A stretch of 42,841 nucleotides of DNA from Perkinsus chesapeaki ATCC PRA-425 (taxonomy: Eukaryota > Protista > Perkinsozoa), in NCBI GenBank assembly GCA_013115145.1, contig JAAPAO010000286.1, positions 1 to 42,841 on the forward strand, given 5' to 3'. The position numbers and the translations under genes are program-made. The notes beneath the pieces were generated by a model that worked only from the letters and a program-made list of their open reading frames with translations, had not been told where the DNA came from and searched no databases. Position 1 is the stretch's first letter. Each line of letters starts with the position of its first letter. Of the stretch, positions 35,461 to 42,841 are shown in pieces.

Positions 35461-37288
35461 CTGGCAGTGTCGCAGTGATTCTTCTATCATGCAACCATTG
35501 TACGGTACGTAATTTCTGTCCCGCATCTTAGCTTGAAGCTGACTAAATACCTGGGCGGTTCACTGCGGAGCTGTGACACGCCCAAGTAGCACGCATGCAC
35601 ACTGCACGGCCTCGATAGAACCCATCGTTTTTCGACTTTTCACCATCTAGCACGACTATGTGTAACTCATTGAGTACGGTCTATCGAGCTATTGCTAGAT
35701 CTCGAGCGTTGCAAGTGTATCCCGAGACCGAAAGTAGGTCGGGTGATAAAGTTCGGAAGCCGCCGGCGTCTGGGCGAGCGCGATAGTTGCTTGTGAAGCG
35801 CGCGTCTCCACGAAGATGGGTTACCTTGTTCTTCTTTCAGCTGGCCGGGCAGGTCTGCCGTGTTGTTCCGTCGTGGTTTACCCTTGGTGTATACCACCGC
35901 CTAAGCAGCTCGTAAATCTAGACTCCAGCACGCATTCGTTCTCGGCTGACTGCGCTGCTGTACGAGCGACTGTGAATGTTTTGAAGCACTCTTAATAGAT
36001 CTAGATTGTGTATAAAAAGACCGGAGTCAACCGAAACGGCCAGGCGAATGGTTTCTTCCCGCAGAGCCCGATATAAAGCCTATGTCACCAAGGCGGCCAT
36101 CCAAGGTTAACTGAATAACACCACTTATAGCAGTTCTTGCACTGCACATTGGCTTCATTCTATTACCATAACCACGTTTAGTCTTCTACGAGCCACGTCA
36201 TGATTATATATAGTACTCGTTACCTCTTAACATGATATCGAGCCTTGGTCAACCCGGTGATGGTCTTGAAGGCCGTCGCTGTGTTCCTACAAGGGAGGGT
36301 ATCACCAATGAGCAACATATTGTAGCTTTCGCTGCCGAGGTAATGAAACCTCTAGGCGACTTTGACTTGAAGGCATTCTAGGATTTACCCAAGCCAAAAC
36401 CGTCAGAGCAGGTCCAGGTGGCATTTGCGAGCTGGGAGATGCCGCACCTGAAGTGATAAGCGCTCTCGATGAGCGATGCTAGAGAGAGGTGTTGTTAAGA
36501 TACCAGTTTGAGAATCCTGGCACTGATCGCTCAACGCGACTGAATATACTAGTTCACTTGGACCAGAGACTGTCCGACCCCATAGCTGCAAATGAAGCTG
36601 TACTATAAGGTATAGCAGCTTGGCGGTGGTTAGGGGGCTTTGTGTAGATAGAATGCGGCGTGTTGGACATGCTCGTTGCTTTCCTGGACGACATAGACCA
36701 ATCAAGAGTTACTCCTGATGGGGATGTTGACACACATTACAGGCTACTCGCATTGAAGGTATGCCATTGCTCTCAGTTTCTAGGATAGCCTTCTGACCAG
36801 GTCGTGTATCGGTTATCGAGATCTACTGTTGGTCGAGCTGCACTCGCTCATAATGGGAATGCACTACAAGCTTTGAAAAGAGAGGAGACTCTGCTTAGCC
36901 CAAGATGCTGGTGAGTTATGGATGTAAAGGCTTGGGACGGGTTATTGCAAGGTTAACAAGGCGCACGACGACGCTGGTCCTACTTGAGCTCTCCGGCTTC
37001 GCTGAGGGAGCGGCCAGGCTGTTCGATACCGGGTAATGTAATATGGGGTAAGGTTCCGTATCTATGGTAAGATACTTGGAAGTCCTGTATAGTAGAGTCT
37101 GTGTCCGAAGAAGCTCCCAAGGCCCAGTGGAGGGGAGGAGTGAGGGTAACTAAAGCTTTGCTAGGTAATAGAGCTAGCGTGGCTTCTTCAGTGCGTTGTG
37201 ATGTATTTGAAGTTCTCTCCAACATGGTGTCTCTTGGTCCAAGTGATGCTGGTAAAGTTGCTGCATCAGTAAGGACTCCATGATGACC

Positions 37289-37317
37289 GTGGGTTCGAAC
37301 CCCACCCCCGGCATTTT
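37289..37317 (+). pseudogene. tRNA 3'-end fragment (T-arm, acceptor 3' strand, discriminator, T4)
   Basis: GTGGG-TTCGAAC-CCCAC-CCCCGGC-A-TTTT. No matching 5' acceptor strand or D-arm upstream. Confidence 0.5.
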
Positions 37318-38163
37318 CAGTTTGCTGGCCTCCCTATGCTGATACCGGCATCTCCGACTAACTCCACTGTGTCATCAATTCTCCGCTTCCTCCTAGAAGT
37401 CAGCCTCGTTGGAGTGGATGCCAAGAAGGCTGTGTCGGCCGACTCGTCATTTGTACTAGAACTGGGGTGGAGGAGGGCCGGCACTAGTCTTTAATGTAGA
37501 CGAACAAGATAGTACTTCTCTTCATGAGTGTGGACGCTCCACCGAGCGTTGTTGATGTGGGATGGTCACTGGCAGCTAGTTTAACAGTACTAGTCGATGT
37601 TAAGACGGAGGTAATAGAGGTACCAGTAGCTAACATGATGCCAATTGAAGGTCTGGGATGCATGCCCGGACTTGCTGGATCATGTTATCGAGAGGCTGAC
37701 GGTCAACAGGCCGTCTCAGGGGGCAGTGTTGAGGCATGTTATTCAAGTTCTAGCAAATCTTCAAGAGCTTCCTACGTAGGAGTCGCTTTGCCTGCACAAC
37801 TGCTACTGTGCTCTGGTTAGCATTCGGGAATGGTTCCTGAGTCATGGCGCTGCTGAGGTACTGGATGCTATTGCTGAGGAGGATGGTCAAGATGCTACGG
37901 TAATCCAGGCGGAGAACTGATGGAGACGACTTGAAGGATTTAGGTTGTTAAGTTGGGAAAGACATCCGCGGAGCTACTCCGATTTAAGCCTTGATTTACC
38001 AGCACGTTCTGAACCGTCACCCATGGACCACGTTAAATAGAACTACTTGCTACAGTCGTGGCAATAAGGAGTTGTGTTAGGGAGTTGGTCATATATTGGA
38101 AACGCGTCCACCATCCACTTTCTGACACCTCTAGCTGTGCCCTAGTTTTAATTAGCAACCTCC

Positions 38164-38610
38164 ATGTCTCTGGATGATACTGAGGGACCACGAGCAGCGC
38201 CTCGCCTTGATGGGCATAGTCATCACCGGTCTCGAAGTCGAGGTTGGAGACGACAAGAGGAAAGCACTAGTGGAGGGGTCGTGACCAGGGCCATCAAGGC
38301 TACCTTAAGATTCCTCTGGCGATGTGCCCTGCAAATATTCTATTTCGCCCGGTAGCATGGGGATATAGGTTTTGCCGCTCTATGCTCTCTGGGGTGGTAT
38401 CTTCTCTCGGCGAGTTGGGATTCTCTTTGGCGAAATTATTCCAAACTCGCGCTCCTGGGTCTACAAGTCACTTGTGTAGCGTCTGGCGACGATATCGAAT
38501 CCACTGTCTCCTTCCCCTCCTACTGGGCTGAGGTGGCCCTTAGTTTATGAGCCTTATTGCGTTCTCGTCCTACGGTAGTCCTAGTGGAAATCGGTCTTGT
38601 TTCTTCATAA
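38164..38610 (+). pseudogene. Probable pseudogene of a membrane protein: one 149-codon frame broken by in-frame stops
   Basis: Frame from ATG 38164 continues through TAG 38353 as HGDIGFAALCSLGWYLLSASW..LALLGLQVTCV, then TGA 38548, then TAA 38608, with no frameshift. Confidence 0.35.
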
Positions 38611-39593
38611 TATAATTTTCATTACGGTTTCTGTAGTGGGCCGAGACTGTGCCTTAGCTACTCTATCATCAATAACAATAGTGTAGTCGTCGTCCAGCAT
38701 AGTCGGGCTACTGTGCACCTCTGTGTACACTGTGTACACAACTTACTACTATACACAAGCTTTTATCTCAGAAATATATTGATTTCACTTATAACGTGAA
38801 GCTAAGTGACGTAGCTTAATTTATTAGCTCCGGCTTGTTCACCTGCTTGGGGCACCCAGGAACATACAGCCTTGACCATTCCGATAGGAATCTACACAAT
38901 AAGCTTTCCTCAATCAATTTGAACGGACTTTATTTAAATTTATAGATCGTAAAAAATTGTCAAATCAAATTCGTTATGTCGCTATTTTTCAATTTGTTGT
39001 CAAATTTGCTTTAAAACGCATGAGTCTATTTAAACGGATTCGTTGAATTTCAACCAGTGCGTAACCCCTAGCTACACACTGTTACATTACAACGCAAACA
39101 GCCGTTCTGTTTAACTCATCAAACACATTGTCGCGTGTGAAGTGGTGATTCACAGCTAGTTCCACGATGTAATTCCACGAAGCTCAATTCGCAATCCATG
39201 CTTGAATGATTCACTTTTGACGAGTTGACGTTGCGACGAGAGACCCTAGCACGCTTTGGATGTTATACTGCAGGTTTTCGGTGGCCTCTTCCGCATCGAT
39301 GCGAGAGTTGTAGGTAGTAGACTGCATGAGCAAGGCTGAGCATGTCTTGCCTGATGAACGATAAATACATGCCGAGAGCGAAATTCCGTTGTTCAGATGA
39401 GTAGCTTCGGTTCTCTTGAACTGCATAAAGAAGCTATTTAGTTTGCATGACAGCATGAGTATTTTAATTTTGAAAAAATATTTTAAATGTCTGGAAAACA
39501 GTTTTTACGTTGATCCAAGAGGGCTTTAACTTGACCGGTAAATGGTGTAGTATGTGTTGGTGTTGGTCAGGTTTAATGTATTACTTCTCCTAG

Positions 39594-42550
39594 TGGTAAC
39601 TGCCTATGCATGCTTCTTTCAAGGGATAAGCCTTCCTATTGTTACAATAAAAGGCGACTTTATGGGACAGGTAGGATGAGGAGGAGGATGAGGATGAGGA
39701 TGAGGCAATGGGCAGCACTCGAAATAGAAATGGTTACTCAAAGCACCTCTGCTATTTGAATTCCCCACCCACAGACGCACTGGCGGCGGGTCTACGTATT
39801 CCTCTTGTATATCTTGCGCTGTATTTTAGTACATCAAACCTCCTCCTCTTCGAAAGTGATATTGATAAGTTTCATTTAGGGATCGATAGATATCACCAAG
39901 TCTACTTTAGAGAGCCTTGAGAACTTCTTCGAGGAAGGCTTTTATTTGCCAGGTATGACTCATCTCATACCGCTCTCTCCCCAACTCTTTCTCAGGTATA
40001 CTAGTGCTTCTCTGCTCTGTCGTTGTGCCCATAGTGAAGCTCCTTATGATGTTTGTCATCTTTTTTATTCGTCGTTCCTTCCCAGAGAAGGCTCATCAGC
40101 TCATGTTTGTCCTCCGGTAATACCCTTACCAGCATCATCAGCATCATCATCACCATCGCTACCATGATACCTCTCTCAGGATTATAGCCAAATACCAAAT
40201 GCTTGATATCTTTGTAACGATAATAATGGTGGCATTTCTGAATCAGGTAGGACGACATCAATCGCAACCACCGGTCACTGGAAATATCACATTATTATAG
40301 ACTATTGTACCTATATTTATTATATCACATTATTATAGACTATTGTACCTATATTTGTTATATCACATTATTATAGACTATTGTATCTATATTCATTATA
40401 TCACATTATTATAGACTATTGTACCTATATTTATTATATCACATTATTATAGACTATTGTACCTATATTTTNNNNNNNNNNNNNNNNNNNNNNNNNNNNN
40501 NNNNNNNNNNNNNNNNNNNNNNNNNNNNNNNNNNNNNNNNNNNNNNNNNNNNNNNNNNNNNNNNNNNNNNTTATTATAGACTATTGTACCTATATTTATT
40601 ATATCACATTNNNNNNNNNNNNNNNNNNNNNNNNNNNNNNNNNNNNNNNNNNNNNNNNNNNNNNNNNNNNNNNNNNNNNNNNNNNNNNNNNNNNNNNNNN
40701 NNNNNNNNTTATTATAGACTATTGTACCTATATTTGTTATATCGCATTATTATAGACTATTGTACCTATATTTGTTATATCGCATTATTATAGACTATTG
40801 TACCTATATTTGTTATATCGTATTCGTTTCAGGATGTCATGAGGACGACACTGCAGACAGGTTTCTACTATTACCTCGCCTTTTGCCTGCTTAGCATCGG
40901 AGGTAGGTTGTTAATGTTCCTTGGAGTCGCATTGGCCTCCTCCCCAGCCACCCAAGTCCTATGGTCGATGTTGCCTGATCGTCCCCAAGCCCTCTACGCT
41001 CAACAGCTGGCTCGGTGGATGCATGATAGACAGGCCGAGATTGCGTTTAAAAATCTCACAGGCCGGTCTCCTGGCAAATACTCAAGTCTAATGAATAACT
41101 CTTACCGAAGCCCAGAGGTAGGCATCAGAAGGGGAAGAAGGGTGGCGGAATGTCTAAGCAAGCTCGTATAGGCCCATCACTCGGCTGCACCTGGTCGAGG
41201 CTCTATAGATAACTGGGAAAGGGAGGTAGGAATTGCTATGGCTTTGTGGATGACATCACGTGCTCGTCAGTCCCCCGCCGGGCCCTCCGATTCCCCGGGA
41301 AGAGGAGCAGCAGCAGAGGGTGTGGTAGCTGCTACCCCTCAGCGGCCGGAAAAGCCTAGCAAACGGACATGCTCTAGCCCAGATGAACCCCATGATGTTC
41401 GGATAAGTAGCCAGTAGTACTACTGCCCGAGTGAGGATATCCTCAATGCAGGTCGGACGCCTTCGTTCGGAGCGGCTTCGGAGCCTACGTCCTTTCGTCC
41501 GCCCACACCACAAGGCAGCAAGGCAGCAGGGGGAGGTATCATCAATTCCTGTTGTGGTTTACAACGTTTAGGCCGAGAGTCTCCTGGAGATGATAGCGGT
41601 GCACTAGTGGTCTGGCCAGCACCTTCGACAAATCGGGATCCGAAGGCCAACGCTCGAGCCGGAGATGTATCTGAGATCACAAGCGTTGCTAGCAGCTTCA
41701 ATCTCGCGGAGAGCAAACAGAAGCGATCTCTAAGTAAAAACAGCGTCTAGCTTGATTCGACAAAGTCGGAGGTGTTCTTTTTCCCAGTCCACAGTATAGC
41801 GTCCTGTGGTGGTTGTTGTTGTTGTTGCTGTCATGGCTTTGAGTTCTCCTTGGATACCTTCTTCCTCTACGGTGCCTGCATTACCTTTTATATTGGCGTT
41901 TACTGGAGTCTTTATCATAGTGTAAGCCAAGGACAAGGGGAGGATCATAGTCATGATGATATTCGAGCAGGTCCTTACAGTAAAGGTTGCTTTTAAAGAC
42001 AGTCTTATAGTGTCCCAGAGCACTCTCGGTTTGAGTAAGCATATCGCTGTCGACTAAGCTCCTTAACCTTTATTCGCGTTCAGTCGGCATGATTGACGTC
42101 CTCGTTGGTCAGCGAGGTGGCATCAACTACATTGTGCCAGCTGTTGTTTTTGCGGTATTCGCTCTTATTATACCATGTGTTCAAGTTAGTGGCATATTTC
42201 TAGCAGGTGGGTGCCTCCTGTGTGGCAGCATTGTGTACACCTGGCCCTGCCTCATCATCCAGGTACCCTCCACGTCTTGCCCTGCCACAAGACCTCACAC
42301 TTCTGTGCCGATACCTACCGATGGCTCCTCTATCTTATCGAGTATGATTGCTGCTGACGACTACCCCACATCTCCTTGGATCCTTCTCTTGCTCAGTTAC
42401 ATCAGCGACTGGGCTATGATGGATGTCTTCTCAGTGGCAATGTTTACCACGCTGATATCCCTCAATGCATTTGATGCCCTAAGAGCTGACGCCCCTCCTG
42501 GCCTGCTATCTGGCTTCTACTTTCTTTTGATGGCTGGTAGGCTCGTCTAA
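39594..42550 (+). CDS. Polytopic membrane protein with two PqiA (paraquat-inducible protein A)-like domains; 5' and 3' ends unresolved
   Basis: Domain 1 (spliced): GISLPIVTIKGDFMGQ|GSIDITKSTLESLENFFEEGFYLP|GILVLLCSVVVPIVKLLMMF..R|IIAKYQMLDIFVTIIMVAFLNQ|DVMRTTLQTGFYYYLAFCLLSIG. Domain 2: AVVFAVFALIIPCVQ..SYISDWAMMDVFSVAMFTTLISL..PGLLSGFYF. An unterminated open frame runs from about 42563 to the window end. Confidence 0.8.
40284..40820. repeat. 38-bp AT-rich minisatellite containing two assembly gaps
   Basis: Unit TTATTATAGACTATTGTACCTATATTT(A/G)TTATATC(A/G)CA repeated head-to-tail. N runs at 40472-40570 and 40611-40708, so copy number is unknown. Confidence 0.95.
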
Positions 42551-42841
42551 CTCTTCTTCAGCGTGCATGTCAGCGAGTCAGGTTTGGCCTCGATGGACTT
42601 GGCCACCCAGACCCATGAGCTCTTGATGGATGCTATGGCCCGAAATGTGGTGGAGATGGCGACTGAGATGATCATATTTGAGCAGGCAAGTTCCGATGAC
42701 AAAGGCTCCATTTATGCTCAAAGTGCACCTGCGTACTTTGGTGAGGAGACGAAATTTCGAGAAAACAGTCTACACCTTTTCAACGCCTATTTCGACAATA
42801 GTAACTTCTATTTCGACAGGCGAGCGAAATTTATGTTAAGA

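Larger units (their letters stand above)
32700..38150. other. Gene-poor region of stop-riddled protein-like frames; probably decayed mobile elements or pseudogenes
   Basis: No long ORFs and no coherent spliced models. Several frames read protein-like across scattered in-frame stops. No convincing RT YxDD, RNase H or integrase motif found by eye. Confidence 0.4.

Noticed and set aside
35900-36100. Retropepsin-like VDSG in a minus-strand frame
   Set aside because: A single 4-residue match in a stop-riddled frame, with no supporting RT, RNase H or integrase motifs.
40419-40793. 124-aa ORF in the track
   Set aside because: Artefact of translating the minisatellite across N gaps.
40284-40820. 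CRISPR array
   Set aside because: Units are head-to-tail with no unique spacers, there are no cas genes, and the context is a eukaryotic intron.
41415-41417. In-frame TAG in a long open frame, suggesting readthrough
   Set aside because: It lies inside a canonical in-frame 45-nt GT-AG intron (41407-41451).

Overview
Intron-rich eukaryotic genomic DNA, inferred to be from a Perkinsus-like (basal dinoflagellate/alveolate) protist. The inference rests on mostly 40-60 nt GT-AG introns, an alveolate-type Rab11B, and a retained de novo purine enzyme. All gene models are manual and splice-aware, so exon boundaries are approximate. 1-25.4 kb is an almost purely minus-strand array: Rab11B, Sec24, HAD-IIA phosphatase, a double-module dCTP pyrophosphatase, gamma-glutamyl hydrolase, tRNA-Ser, a pepsin-like membrane protein, PFAS/PurL and a tandem C2-like gene. 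It is interrupted only by two plus-strand tRNAs and one intronless secreted-type ORF. 25.7-29.7 kb holds plus-strand ankyrin/TM and hypothetical genes. 29.8-39.5 kb is gene-poor and stop-riddled, with two inverted-repeat elements, a palindrome cluster and tRNA-end-like fragments. From about 39.6 kb a plus-strand two-domain PqiA-like membrane gene carries a 38-bp minisatellite inside one intron. The strongest novelty candidates are: (1) a single-chain dCTPP1 pseudo-dimer whose two modules lost complementary motifs; (2) an in-phase U_UUU_UUA heptamer / TAATG overlap joining two C2-like domains; (3) a pepsin-fold type I membrane protein with both catalytic motifs broken; (4) a Helentron/HINE-like subTIR plus stem-loop element.
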